DNA of 64,000 bases, taken from an archaeon (lineage in GTDB: Archaea; Iainarchaeota; Iainarchaeia; Iainarchaeales; Iainarchaeaceae). The stretch lies in NCBI GenBank assembly GCA_035289485.1, contig DATDXA010000029.1, forward strand, positions 2,691 to 66,690, read 5' to 3'. Below the pieces are notes generated by a model. That model was given only the letters and a program-made list of their open reading frames with translations. It had not been told where the DNA came from and did not search any database. Positions 1 through 9,890 of this stretch are shown piece after piece. Positions within the stretch are counted from its first letter, which is position 1; every line of letters starts with the position of its first letter. The position numbers and the translations under genes are program-made.

Positions 1-714
1 TTTTGGGCTAATAAGGTTGAATGTGTTTGCGCCGTTGTAGAACTGGCCGTCCTTGAGCTTTATTCGCCAGGATTTCTTGGCGCCGCCCCAGTGATAATAA
101 TTGTCCCCCCGGTAGCGCACTTTTGCATTCAGCACATTTTGGTCAACCTGAAAGTTTCCAGGCACATAGTCCATGCCTGAGAACGGCAGGTTTGAATCAA
201 GCCCTAGCAGGTGGCTGTCCCTAACATACAGGCGATAAACAGGGATTTCAAGCCGTTCAGGGTTCAGCTCCGAAAGCACGAGGCTGTTTTGAAGCTCGAC
301 AAGAATGTCCTTCTCAAGCTTAAGGGGCAGGATTATGTAATGGTGCCACTTTACCCCTTCGCTCTGTTCGATTACTTCAAGTTTGAACGCCAGATTATTC
401 GCAAAAATTGCGCCGACAAATATCACAAGCATGAGCAGCAGAAGTGCGGCAAATTTTTTTGTTTCATTGCCATTTGCCCGCGGTGATATGATGTGTTTTT
501 TTGCAAGCGCGGCGGCATAAACCAGGATTGCGAGGATAAAAAAGTTTATGGATGCCATGCCTATGAGGAAATTTACCTTTTCGGCATCGAATATTCCCTC
601 GAAAAGACCGGCAAGCGGCTCGTGCAGGATTGCAGCGGCGAGTGAGAGAGCTAGCAGTGACAAAACAAGCAGCAGTGGCCTGTAGGTAGGAGTTAGTTTT
701 TCAGCGAATCCCAT
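1..714 (-). CDS. Partial CDS running off the window start. N-terminal membrane anchor, then a soluble domain with a possible CotH-like motif (RYRGDNYYHWGGAKKSWRIKL).
   Basis: Manual translation of the minus strand from ATG 714 is continuous to position 1, starting MGFAEKLTPTYRPLLLVLSLLALSLAAAIL with hydrophobic helices. It overlaps the stop of the upstream gene by 14 nt, which is typical of operon coupling. The ORF track omits it because it is edge-truncated. The CotH-like call rests on motif resemblance only. Confidence 0.55.
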   Translation of the reverse strand, partial: MGFAEKLTPTYRPLLLVLSLLALSLAAAILHEPLAGLFEGIFDAEKVNFLIGMASINFFILAILVYAAALAKKHIISPRANGNETKKFAALLLLMLVIFVGAIFANNLAFKLEVIEQSEGVKWHHYIILPLKLEKDILVELQNSLVLSELNPERLEIPVYRLYVRDSHLLGLDSNLPFSGMDYVPGNFQVDQNVLNAKVRYRGDNYYHWGGAKKSWRIKLKDGQFYNGANTFNLISPK

Positions 715-1672
715 AATACCAGTCTATTGTTTTTTGAAGGCCTTCTTTCAAGCGAATTTTTGGCTCAAAACCCAAAAGCCGTTTGGCTTTTGAATTGTCA
801 CAAATCCTGTCCTGGCTTTCAACATAATTGTTATTGACGATATTTATTATTGCTTTCGCCCCCATGAGCTCCGAAATTAGTTGGGCAAGTTCAAGCAAGG
901 TGATTTGTTCGGAGCTTCCAACATTTATCGGATCTGCCTTTGGATGTTTTTGCATGATAAGTTTAAGGCACTCTACGGCATCTGAAACATAGACAAAGCT
1001 CATTTTCTGCTGGCCATTCCCGAAAATCTTGATTGGCTGCCCTTGCGCAATGTTCAGTATCATTCTTGGGATTATTCCGGCAGATTCATACTCAAAATTG
1101 CTTCTTGGCCCGTAAACTCCAAACGGCCTTGCAATGCCTATTTTCATGCCGAACTCAGAAGAGTAGGAATGCGCAAGAAGTTCGGCGATCTTTTTGCTCC
1201 ACGCATACCCAAATCTGGCCGGATCCGAATTGCCCTCTAAATCAATGTCCTCGGTTAGCGGATGTTTTATGTTTGCAGGATACACATTTGAGGAGCTTAC
1301 GATTACAGATCGCTTGACTCCCGATTCTTTAATTGCGTCCAGCATATTGACGGTTATTTTGACATTTCCGGACAGCACGGTTGCAGGGTGCCTTATGTTG
1401 AACTCCGCGCCGCCCACAATGGCGGCAAGGCAAAAAACAAAGTCCATATCTTTGACTGCACTGGAACATTCTTTCTTTTCATTGAGGTCTGCTTGAATAA
1501 CCTTGATGCCCGCCAATTGGCCCCCGATGTTTTGTGCAAGTTTTCGAGAGCCCTTGTCCCTTGCGGTTATAGAAACATTTGCCCCCTCGTGCAGCAGGCT
1601 CTGTGCCAAATTGCTGCCAACAAAGCCTCCGCCGCCGGCAACCAGCACCCTTTTCCCTTTCCAAAAAGACAT
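701..1672 (-). CDS. NAD-dependent epimerase/dehydratase (extended SDR family, nucleotide-sugar modifying).
   Basis: N-terminal Rossmann motif VLVAGGGGFVGSNL and catalytic YxxxK (YAWSKK). Length of 323 aa is typical. Confidence 0.85.
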   Translation of the reverse strand: MSFWKGKRVLVAGGGGFVGSNLAQSLLHEGANVSITARDKGSRKLAQNIGGQLAGIKVIQADLNEKKECSSAVKDMDFVFCLAAIVGGAEFNIRHPATVLSGNVKITVNMLDAIKESGVKRSVIVSSSNVYPANIKHPLTEDIDLEGNSDPARFGYAWSKKIAELLAHSYSSEFGMKIGIARPFGVYGPRSNFEYESAGIIPRMILNIAQGQPIKIFGNGQQKMSFVYVSDAVECLKLIMQKHPKADPINVGSSEQITLLELAQLISELMGAKAIINIVNNNYVESQDRICDNSKAKRLLGFEPKIRLKEGLQKTIDWYYGIR

Positions 1673-1773
1673 CCGTTCACTCCAACTTTCACTCCAAAAT
1701 ACCCTGTAATGCCGCTAAATTCTAACGCGGGAAAACCGTTTTAATATTATTCACTGCAGGCAAGCGGACTGCC

Positions 1774-2757
1774 CTATTCATGGAATGCGCCCGGCATTTT
1801 CCTGTTCGTGGAAATAAAATAAAATAGCCCAACAAGGGAGATTAGGAGGTAGCCTGTGAAAAATACAAGAAGGGATAGGGCCACTGCATGCTCGGCTGGA
1901 ACGGCAAAGAATGAAAACAGGAAAATTAGAGCCGCGTCCCTTGTGCCGATGCCAGAGACGCTAATTGGCAGCACATCCACAAGTGCCATTATTGGAAAAA
2001 TGGCGAGCAGCACTTCGGCAGGGAGGCTGATTGAAAGGGACATTGCAAGCAGGTAAAAAACAACGGCATTGAGCAGCCAGAGAACGGCGCCAAGGCACAA
2101 TGATGCAAGAAACAATGGCATGTTTTTGCCTGCGGATTTTAGTGCGGAGAAAAAATCCGTGAAAAGCGAGGAGAGCTTCTCCCTGAACGATTCTGGCACC
2201 ATGAACCTGAAGAGCGGGCGGAAAGCCGCCCTGAGGTATTTCTCCTTGAAGAGGAAAAATATTGCAATGAGAAAAGCCGCCGTAACCAGCACTATCAAAT
2301 CTGTGCTTATTGGCATGGCGCCATAGGACTGCGCAAGCCAAAGGGCGGAAAAAAGCGAGAGCGCGAGCAGCATTCCTATGTCCATCACCCGGTCAATAAA
2401 AACCGAAGCAAGGCCTGCAGGAAGCCTAACTTTGTCCTTCACATACCATGCGCGGGCAAAATCCCCCACCTTTCCTGGAGTGATGTTGCCAACGAACAGG
2501 CCTACAAGGTATATTTTGATGGCGTCGGAAAGCCCTATTTTTTCCCCGACGCACTGGACAAGGGCCTTCCATTTGAGCCCCTTTAGCAAAATGGTCAGTG
2601 CAAGCAGCAGAAGGCAAACAAAATAAATTTGGAGATTGGCATGTAAGAGCACCTGCCAAACTTGCGCAAGGTCGGCCCTTGAGAGTATGAATACGAAAAG
2701 CACTATTCCGAGCAGCGCAAGAAGGCCTTTTTTGAGCACCATTGGATCACGCAGCAA
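1774..2757 (-). CDS. Flippase-like polytopic membrane protein (UPF0104 / lysylphosphatidylglycerol-synthase TM-domain family).
   Basis: About 8 TM helices and a GNITPGKVGDF motif, which is typical of the LPG_synthase_TM family that often sits next to GT2 enzymes. Its start abuts the stop of the upstream GT2 gene (2757/2758). Confidence 0.6.
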   Translation of the reverse strand: MLRDPMVLKKGLLALLGIVLFVFILSRADLAQVWQVLLHANLQIYFVCLLLLALTILLKGLKWKALVQCVGEKIGLSDAIKIYLVGLFVGNITPGKVGDFARAWYVKDKVRLPAGLASVFIDRVMDIGMLLALSLFSALWLAQSYGAMPISTDLIVLVTAAFLIAIFFLFKEKYLRAAFRPLFRFMVPESFREKLSSLFTDFFSALKSAGKNMPLFLASLCLGAVLWLLNAVVFYLLAMSLSISLPAEVLLAIFPIMALVDVLPISVSGIGTRDAALIFLFSFFAVPAEHAVALSLLVFFTGYLLISLVGLFYFISTNRKMPGAFHE

Positions 2758-3699
2758 TCATTTTCGCAAAAGCCTTTTCTTCCCGAAATAGAGCGCCTCT
2801 TCCTGCACTTTCCTGTTCCGCTTTATCAGCTCGGCTATTGCGCCCACAATTATCAGCTGGAAGCCGAAAATCAGCAATAGCGCCGAGAGCACGGCGCTTG
2901 GAAGGTATGGGGAGACAAGGCCTGTCTTTGCATAATGGAGCAGCACCCTTGCGCCAAAGAGAATGCCGGCAAGGGACATAAGCCCGCCTGCCGTGAAAAA
3001 AACCTTGAATGGCTTGTAGTTGAGGTATGTCTGGATTATTGTAAAGCCGACCTTTTTCGCGTACACAAAAATGTTTGAAATGAGCCTTGAGCTGTCCGCG
3101 CGTTTCCTGAAATCAACCGGCACTTCTTCTATCAAAAAATTTTTCTCGTGGGCCTCCAGTATTGTTTCCTGTGTGTATGTGTAATCCGAAAAAATGTTTA
3201 TTCGCATGGCGGCCTCTCGGGAGAATGCACGAAACCCTGTCTGCGAATCTGTCAGGCGAAGGCCAGTAATGAAGCTCATTATTGCGGAAAGCGCCATGTT
3301 GCCGAGCCTTTTCTGCAAGGGCATGTGCTCTATTTTCCCCTCAAAACGCGAGCCAAGCACAAGCCCGGCATTTCCTTTGAGAATTGGGGCAATCAGAAGC
3401 GGTATTTGCGCCTGGTTGTATTGCAAATCGGCATCCGTATTGACTATTATGTCCGCGCCCATTTCAAGCGCACGTTCCATGCCGCGGGAAAAAGTGAACG
3501 CAAGCCCGCAATTCTTGCTATTCCTTATCACAGCGGCGCCGGCCTTCCTCGCCTCATGCGAAGTTGAATCCGCAGAGCCGTCATCGATTACAAGGACTTC
3601 TATCTTGCTTATTCCGCCGATTTTTTTCGGAATTTCCCTTATGACCTTGGCTATTGTTTTTTCCTCATTATAGGCCGGGATTGTCACCACAAGTTTCAT
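2758..3699 (-). CDS. GT2 glycosyltransferase, dolichyl-phosphate sugar synthase-like (DPM1/AglD-like) with a C-terminal TM segment.
   Basis: VVTIPAYNEE and DADLQY (DxD) motifs, plus C-terminal hydrophobic helices. Confidence 0.85.
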   Translation of the reverse strand: MKLVVTIPAYNEEKTIAKVIREIPKKIGGISKIEVLVIDDGSADSTSHEARKAGAAVIRNSKNCGLAFTFSRGMERALEMGADIIVNTDADLQYNQAQIPLLIAPILKGNAGLVLGSRFEGKIEHMPLQKRLGNMALSAIMSFITGLRLTDSQTGFRAFSREAAMRINIFSDYTYTQETILEAHEKNFLIEEVPVDFRKRADSSRLISNIFVYAKKVGFTIIQTYLNYKPFKVFFTAGGLMSLAGILFGARVLLHYAKTGLVSPYLPSAVLSALLLIFGFQLIIVGAIAELIKRNRKVQEEALYFGKKRLLRK

Positions 3700-3753
3700 G
3701 CAAAAACACCCAATAAAAGTCCGAGGTTGAATAAAAGCCTGCCGCAGAAATGC

Positions 3754-4704
3754 CTAGGGAAGGCCCTTGTATTCGGAGAACCATCTGCAAAATTTTTCAA
3801 TCCCTTCCTCAAGGCTGACTTTGGGGCTATAGCGAAGAAGCCTTTTTGCCTTGCTTATGTCTGCGAGGGTGAAATCCACGTCCTCGCTGAAGCGCGCGGC
3901 GTATTTTCGCTTCGCTTTCCTGCCAAGGTTTTTCTCAAGCAGTGAAACAAGTTCCCCAAGTTCACGCGAATCCGAGCTGCCTATATTGAAAACCTCGAAC
4001 TTGAAGCCCGCTTCAAGGGAAAGCATTATCGCATCGACAACGTCTGATATGTAAGTGAAGTCGCGCCTGGACTTGCCGTCCCCGAAAATCTCAATTTCCT
4101 TTCCCCTGTTTATGAGGTCGGAAAACTTGTAAACCGCCATATCAGGCCTGCCGCCAGGGCCATAAACTGTAAAGAACCTTAGCACAGTAATTGGCAAGCC
4201 GGTTGTGTGGTGGAAGGCGTGCGCGCAGCCCTCCATGCCTGATTTGGACGCGGCGTAGATGCTCAGCACGGTTCCAACGGGCTGGGTTTCGGTGAATGGC
4301 AAGGTGTTGAGGCCATAAACACTTGAGGTGGACGCGAGAATTGTGCTTTTGGCGCCGCACTTTTTGGCAAATTCCAGGACATTATAAGTCCCCCCGATGT
4401 TGGTGCGGAAATATTCGTGCGGCATGCGGGTGGAATCCCTGATGCCTGCACGTGCGGCAAGGTGCACCACATGGGTTATGCCTTTTCCTGAAAGCTTTTT
4501 GAAATCCTGCGGCCTTGTGATGTCGGCCTTTATGAATTCCCCGACTTCACTCGCCCTTATTTTTTTCACATTATCAAGCTTTAACGACATGCCGTAATTG
4601 TCAATCATGCTGTCAAGGCCGATGAATGGGATTTTTTCATCAATTAGGCGGCGGCACAAATTGCCACCGATAAATCCCGCAGCGCCGGTTACCAGAACTT
4701 TCAT
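3754..4704 (-). CDS. NAD-dependent nucleotide-sugar epimerase, probably a UDP-glucuronate 4-epimerase or GalE-like enzyme.
   Basis: VLVTGAAGFIGGNL, catalytic YAASK, and RFFTVYGPGGRPDMAVYKF resembling UDP-GlcA 4-epimerases. Confidence 0.8.
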   Translation of the reverse strand: MKVLVTGAAGFIGGNLCRRLIDEKIPFIGLDSMIDNYGMSLKLDNVKKIRASEVGEFIKADITRPQDFKKLSGKGITHVVHLAARAGIRDSTRMPHEYFRTNIGGTYNVLEFAKKCGAKSTILASTSSVYGLNTLPFTETQPVGTVLSIYAASKSGMEGCAHAFHHTTGLPITVLRFFTVYGPGGRPDMAVYKFSDLINRGKEIEIFGDGKSRRDFTYISDVVDAIMLSLEAGFKFEVFNIGSSDSRELGELVSLLEKNLGRKAKRKYAARFSEDVDFTLADISKAKRLLRYSPKVSLEEGIEKFCRWFSEYKGLP

Positions 4705-4904
4705 GCCACCAAAGATTATTTACGGTTTCCCCATTATTTTAACTGATTGGTTCAACGGAACGCCGCCTAAAACTTGGAAAGTATTAAATGACCATCACAA
4801 TTAATTTAAGCAAAGGGCCGGGAGATTTGCTGCCTGCGCCAAAAAATGATTTCTGCGGAACTTGGAATATTCCGGAAATGTGATTTTAAAAAAGTGAGTG
4901 ATAT

Positions 4905-6545
4905 ATGGTTTTGGATTTGAAGGGCTATTTTTCAGGATTCGGCGCGGAAAAATGCGTTGTTGTGGCAATACTGATAATTTCAATCACGATAATTTTGTCC
5001 AACATTGTGGGGTTTTTCCGGCTTGACATGCCGCTTATTCTCCTTGGGGCGGCAATCATTTCCCTCTGGCTCTCAAAAGGATATGAATCGGAGGCGGTTG
5101 ATGGAAAAGTATTGCTGCTGGCATTTTTCTTATTCGCGCTGCTTATTTACCCGATTATTCTCATAACTCCGGTTTTTCCCGCAAGCAATGATGCGGTCTC
5201 AACCACTGCAATGCGCGTAATGCAGGAAAAAATCGAGCCCGATTATGCCCAATACGGAAAAATAAACATGCCGTACCCGATTGGCCTGCCGGTCATGGCA
5301 AAGGCATTTGACTCCATTGTTCCTGCGGCAATTCCTGATTACCTGGCGCCGTACTCGGTTGCCCTGATTGCGGGGGTTTTGCAGATTCTTTTTATATACC
5401 TCATTGCAAGCGCCCTGTTCGGGGATAAAAAGGCGGGGGTTGTTTGCGCCGCATTGCTTTTTGCAAGCAAATATATTTTTGAAAACATTTATGTCGGCGA
5501 ACTCGGATGGTATCTTGGCTCTGCCCTGATGCTCGGATTCATTTACCTTTTCATAAAAAAGAGCAGGCTGCAGTACGTGGTTTTCCCGGCGATATTTCTC
5601 GCCCATCCGGTCGCTGGAGTGAACACGCTACTCTTTTTGGCTGCTACTTTGCCGGTTTACAGGGCGGATTTTTTGCGGGAACTGCCAAAGCTTCTTGCCT
5701 CCCTGCTGCTTATAATTCCGGGAATAATCATGACGTACCTGCCAATAGCCACGAATATTTTTCAGTCAGGGTTCGCCAAGGGCGAATCGCTTGGCCTTGT
5801 AAGGCTACTCACAATGCTCCCGGTATGGATAGGGCCTGGGCTTACAATAATTGCGGCAACTGCTATCGCATACCTGATCCTATCACGGAAAAAGATTGCG
5901 GTTGAAAAAGGGCTAAAAATAGCCATTGCGCTCTTTGCGGTCTCATTGATTGCACTGGGTGTTTTTGAATTGGCGCATTTTATGCTCTCCCATAAGGTCA
6001 TAGAGATGATAATACTCTCGCTCATTTTCATAACCGGCGCGGTTTTGTCAAGCAAAGAGCTGAATTTAATGGGAAGGAAAAGTGAGGCCGCCCTGATAAT
6101 CGGAATTCTCCTCATTGGCATGGTGTTCTTTGCCACATCCACAACATTAAGCCATTATAGGTCGGGGTCAAAAATCCCCGCTGAAGCGAGGGAGTTTTCC
6201 GTGGCATTCCATGATTTTGACAAGGGGCAGAAAAAAGTGCTGTTTCTGACAAGATGGGGCGGAAAAATCGCCGAATATTCCAACAAAATACCGTTTGACA
6301 TAACCGCGGCACATTCAATTATATCATTTGACTTTATGTATTACCATAATGAGGCTTTTTATGAAATGCGCGAAAACGAGCGCATATGGAAGGAAATTTT
6401 TGTGGGAAAAAAAACCGGGCTGATTGAAGGAATTGATGTGGAGTATATTGTGGCAAGCAAAAGTGAATTCAATATTGACCTGAACTATCCTATAGTGCTT
6501 GAACGGAATGGTTTTCTTGTTTACCAAAAAAGAGTGATGCCATGA
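4905..6545 (+). CDS. Polytopic membrane protein, possibly a GT-C-fold glycosyltransferase, with a C-terminal soluble domain.
   Basis: About 12 predicted TM helices in the first ~420 aa, followed by a ~120 aa soluble tail. No WWDYG motif, so it is not a canonical AglB. It is co-operonic with a methyltransferase and the GT2 genes. Confidence 0.4.
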   Translation: MVLDLKGYFSGFGAEKCVVVAILIISITIILSNIVGFFRLDMPLILLGAAIISLWLSKGYESEAVDGKVLLLAFFLFALLIYPIILITPVFPASNDAVSTTAMRVMQEKIEPDYAQYGKINMPYPIGLPVMAKAFDSIVPAAIPDYLAPYSVALIAGVLQILFIYLIASALFGDKKAGVVCAALLFASKYIFENIYVGELGWYLGSALMLGFIYLFIKKSRLQYVVFPAIFLAHPVAGVNTLLFLAATLPVYRADFLRELPKLLASLLLIIPGIIMTYLPIATNIFQSGFAKGESLGLVRLLTMLPVWIGPGLTIIAATAIAYLILSRKKIAVEKGLKIAIALFAVSLIALGVFELAHFMLSHKVIEMIILSLIFITGAVLSSKELNLMGRKSEAALIIGILLIGMVFFATSTTLSHYRSGSKIPAEAREFSVAFHDFDKGQKKVLFLTRWGGKIAEYSNKIPFDITAAHSIISFDFMYYHNEAFYEMRENERIWKEIFVGKKTGLIEGIDVEYIVASKSEFNIDLNYPIVLERNGFLVYQKRVMP

Positions 6546-7282
6546 AGAGCTATATGGGTGTTGCCGGGGACTATTATGAAAAGGCCCATAGTTCGAGGCA
6601 CAAATCCCAGGGATTTTTTTATGAAACACGCGAAGAGTACATGCTTGATTTCATGGGCCTGAAAGGAAATGAAAAAATAATCGATGTCGGGTGCGGATCC
6701 GGGACTTTTTCAAGGGTGCTAGCGGAAAAACACCCCAAAGCAAAAATAACCGGGGTAGACATCTCCGAACACGCAATAAGTTTTGCGCGGAAGACGGCGA
6801 AGGAGAAAAATATTGGGAATCTCAAATTCATTTCCGCCTCGATAAGCTCGATACCCGTAAAAAGCGGCTCGTTTGATGTTGCCGTGGTTTCGCATTTGAT
6901 TGAGCATGTAAAAAACCCGGAAAATGACCTCAAGGAAGTTAACCGCATCCTAAAGCCCAACGGAATCTTGATACTCACAACTCCGAACTATTTTTCCCTC
7001 TGGCCGCTTGCGGAGATGGTTTTTGACAGGACAATGGCCGAAAAAAATTACAGCCTGGATGAGCAGCACATCAGCAGGTTCACTTCATTTTCAATAAAAA
7101 AGCCGATAAATAACAAGGGGTTTGCCATCCTTAGAGAGAAAACCCTTTACATTTTTTCGCTTGAGGCAAGCTTACTGTCAAGAAGGCTTGGGCAGGCAAT
7201 ATTCGCCATTGATAAGCTCCTTGATTTTTTGCCAATAGGGATGGTTGTGTACCTGAAGGCAAGGAAAATAACGAACTTATGA
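6542..7282 (+). CDS. Class I SAM-dependent methyltransferase.
   Basis: Motif I IIDVGCGSGTFS and a Methyltransf_11-like layout. There is a 4-nt ATGA overlap with the upstream gene. Confidence 0.85.
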   Translation: MKSYMGVAGDYYEKAHSSRHKSQGFFYETREEYMLDFMGLKGNEKIIDVGCGSGTFSRVLAEKHPKAKITGVDISEHAISFARKTAKEKNIGNLKFISASISSIPVKSGSFDVAVVSHLIEHVKNPENDLKEVNRILKPNGILILTTPNYFSLWPLAEMVFDRTMAEKNYSLDEQHISRFTSFSIKKPINNKGFAILREKTLYIFSLEASLLSRRLGQAIFAIDKLLDFLPIGMVVYLKARKITNL

Positions 7283-7972
7283 AAAGAACCTGAGCCGGAG
7301 CAGCGTTAGGGGGAACTTTAACACTTCCATTTTCCTGAGCTTTGATTTTCCAAAAACCCTGTCCGTGAAAAAAATCGGAACTTCGTGGATTTTTGCGCCC
7401 TCCTTGTGGCAGTAATAGACAAGCTCTTCAAGGAAAGAGTAGCTTGTTGATTTGAATTCCCTGCCAAGGACTTTTTTGAGAATGCCTGTGCGATAGCACC
7501 TGTATCCGGAAGTGAGGTCATTTGCCGGGACTCCGAGAATGATTTTTGAGAGGATGTTTGCGCCAAAACTTATTATCTTCCTTGATATCGGCCAGTTCGT
7601 GCCGCCCCCCGGAACATACCTAGAGCCTATCACCACATCGGCGCCATTGCGGATTTCCCTGATGAAATTTTTGGCATAGGAAAAATCGTGCGAAAGGTCA
7701 GCGTCCATGGAAAATATTACCTCGGCGCCCAGTTTCATGGCCTCGCCAAAGCCGGTCAGATATGCAGACCCCAAACCCAGTTTTGACGGCCGCGATATCA
7801 CGGCCACACCGGAAAATTTTTTCGCTTCCTTTGCCGTGCCATCTGGGGAATTGTCATCAACAACTATTAGCAGGAATTTTACCCCGCCAACTTTCTGCGA
7901 TTTTATCGCAGGGATGAGCTTTTGTATGTTATTTTTTTCATTATAAGTCGGAATGACCACGGCTGCCAGCAT
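7277..7972 (-). CDS. GT2 glycosyltransferase (dolichyl-phosphate sugar synthase-like).
   Basis: VVIPTYNEKNNI and DADLSHD motifs. Confidence 0.85.
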   Translation of the reverse strand: MLAAVVIPTYNEKNNIQKLIPAIKSQKVGGVKFLLIVVDDNSPDGTAKEAKKFSGVAVISRPSKLGLGSAYLTGFGEAMKLGAEVIFSMDADLSHDFSYAKNFIREIRNGADVVIGSRYVPGGGTNWPISRKIISFGANILSKIILGVPANDLTSGYRCYRTGILKKVLGREFKSTSYSFLEELVYYCHKEGAKIHEVPIFFTDRVFGKSKLRKMEVLKFPLTLLRLRFFS

Positions 7973-8198
7973 AGAAAATAGTTAAAGCCATCCACATAAA
8001 ATACCTTTTGAATGGCAGCGCAGCCATTGTGTTATATTAAATGCCAAACCGCCGTAAAACGACCAGCCCCTGAAGGGGCTGGCGTTCGGACGGTTGCACA
8101 GCAAGTGCAAGGATACAACGCCGCAGTTGCAGCCATTCATCACAAGGCTGAAGCCATGTGCGTTCTGGCTGCGGCGGTGTAAAAATCCACGGGGAGCT

Positions 8199-9131
8199 TT
8201 AGGCTGTCCTGAAAAAGTCGATTGTCTTGCGCAACCCATCGCCAAGGCCAACTTCTGGCTGCCAGCCAAGTTTCTGCTTTGCAAGTGAAATGTCGGGGAG
8301 CCTCCTTTCAGGGTCATCTGCCGGAAGGTCTGCGTAAACAAGCTCGTATCTTCCGCCCGCAATCGAGGTGATTAGCCTTGCAAGGCCAAGGATGGTGATT
8401 TCATTTGGGTTGCCAAGATTTACCGGGCTTGTTTCTTGGGAATTCATGAGCTTGTATAGGCCATCCACCATGTCGCTCACATAGCAAAAGCTCCTTGTCT
8501 GCGAGCCGTCCCCGTATATGGTAATCGGCTTTTGCGCAAGTGCCTGGACTATAAAGTTCGGGACAACCCTGCCGTCATCTTTGCGCATGCGCGGGCCATA
8601 GGTGTTGAATATCCTTGCAATCTTCACATCCAGGGAATATTTTTCACGGTAAGAGTAGCACAGTGCCTCGCCAAAGCGCTTGGCCTCATCATAGCAGCTG
8701 CGCGGCCCGAAGGAATTCACATTGCCCCAATAGGTTTCCTTCTGCGGGTGCTCAAGCGGGTTGCCGTAAACTTCGGAGGTCGAGGCGAAAAGGAATTTGG
8801 CGCCTTTTGACCGCGCAAAATCGAGGAGATTTTTCACACCGGCCGAGCCCGCCTCAAGGGTTTGCAGAGGCTTTTGCTGGTAATCTACGGGCGAAGCTGG
8901 GGACGCAAGATTGTATATCTGTGAAATTTTTCCGCCCACTGAAATTTTCTTTGAGATGTCTTTTTTAAGGAAAGAAAATTTGCCGCTTTTGAGCAGGTGC
9001 GAAATATTTTTTTTGTTTCCGGTAATGAGGCTGTCAACACAAACAACCTGATAACCCCTTGCAATGAGATAATCGCAAAGGTGCGAGCCTATAAAGCCGG
9101 CGCCACCCGCCACCAGTATGCGCTCAGCCAT
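8199..9131 (-). CDS. uxs: UDP-glucuronate decarboxylase (UDP-xylose synthase), SDR family.
   Basis: ERILVAGGAGFIGSHLCDYL...VVCVDSLITGNKKNI and the catalytic Y-D-E-A-K-R match the UXS/ArnA-C pattern. The true start is most likely MAERI at 9131; the listed ORF extends upstream into the next gene. Confidence 0.75.
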   Translation of the reverse strand: MAERILVAGGAGFIGSHLCDYLIARGYQVVCVDSLITGNKKNISHLLKSGKFSFLKKDISKKISVGGKISQIYNLASPASPVDYQQKPLQTLEAGSAGVKNLLDFARSKGAKFLFASTSEVYGNPLEHPQKETYWGNVNSFGPRSCYDEAKRFGEALCYSYREKYSLDVKIARIFNTYGPRMRKDDGRVVPNFIVQALAQKPITIYGDGSQTRSFCYVSDMVDGLYKLMNSQETSPVNLGNPNEITILGLARLITSIAGGRYELVYADLPADDPERRLPDISLAKQKLGWQPEVGLGDGLRKTIDFFRTA

Positions 9132-9870
9132 CGAATTCCTCCCTTGCCTTTCCCAGGCTTTCAAAGCTTCCGATGTCATACCACTTTTCCGTGAACACAA
9201 AAGCGTAAATATTAGTGTGGTTAGCGAGCCACTTCACGAAATCGCCCGCATTGTCCGGCTTGTTACCGGCCTCTATGTAATGCTCAATGGATTTGAGGTC
9301 ATGCCTTGTGAAAATATAGCATGCGGTGGCGGCAAATGTCGTCTTCGGCTCCGCGGGCTTCTCCTCAAAACCCACTACCCTGCTGCCTTCACCAATCTCG
9401 ACTACTCCGAACTTTTCCTTCACCTCATCCTTGCTGCCCATGTCCTTGCATGCGACAACGGAGGATTTCTTTTCAAGGAAAAATTTGTGGAAGTCCGAGA
9501 GCTTGTACTCGAAGAGGTTGTCGCCGGCAATGACAAGGAGGTCATCATCAAGCTTGACCTCATCAATCACATATTTCATGTCCCCTATTGCGCCCTTGCG
9601 GTCATCATTGGACGTGGTCATGTCATTTATGATTTTTATCGGGATCGGAAACTTGAATGAATTCGCCCAGTCCTCGAAATCGCGCGCGAATTTCTCGTTA
9701 GTGACAACATAAATCTCCGAAATCCCCTTGATTTCAGTGAAATGCTTCACTATGTGATCCATGATTGTTTTCCCTTTCACCTCAAGAAGCGGCTTTGGCT
9801 TGTTTTTTGTTAGGGGCCACAATCTTGTAGCGTACCCCGCGGCTAGAATTAGCGCTTTAATTTTTATCAC
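9124..9870 (-). CDS. Sugar-phosphate nucleotidyltransferase (NTP_transferase family).
   Basis: N-terminal KALILAAGYATRLWPLTKNKPKPLLEV, a GXGTRL-type signature. Confidence 0.8.
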   Translation of the reverse strand: MIKIKALILAAGYATRLWPLTKNKPKPLLEVKGKTIMDHIVKHFTEIKGISEIYVVTNEKFARDFEDWANSFKFPIPIKIINDMTTSNDDRKGAIGDMKYVIDEVKLDDDLLVIAGDNLFEYKLSDFHKFFLEKKSSVVACKDMGSKDEVKEKFGVVEIGEGSRVVGFEEKPAEPKTTFAATACYIFTRHDLKSIEHYIEAGNKPDNAGDFVKWLANHTNIYAFVFTEKWYDIGSFESLGKAREEFDG

Positions 9871-9890
9871 CGCAAAAAGTTTTCAAATTT

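Noticed and set aside
211-486. 91-aa plus-strand ORF.
   Set aside because: It lies entirely inside, and antisense to, a continuous edge-truncated minus-strand CDS (1-714) that has a membrane anchor and conserved-looking motifs.
1033-1744. Cluster of plus-strand ORFs of 65-118 aa antisense to the epimerase gene.
   Set aside because: They are antisense to a strongly supported SDR epimerase CDS and have no motifs.
9132-9200. N-terminal extension of the UXS ORF (MCSRKSGMTSEALKAWERQGRNS...).
   Set aside because: The Rossmann fold begins right after MAERILVAGGAGF. The extension overlaps the upstream nucleotidyltransferase gene.
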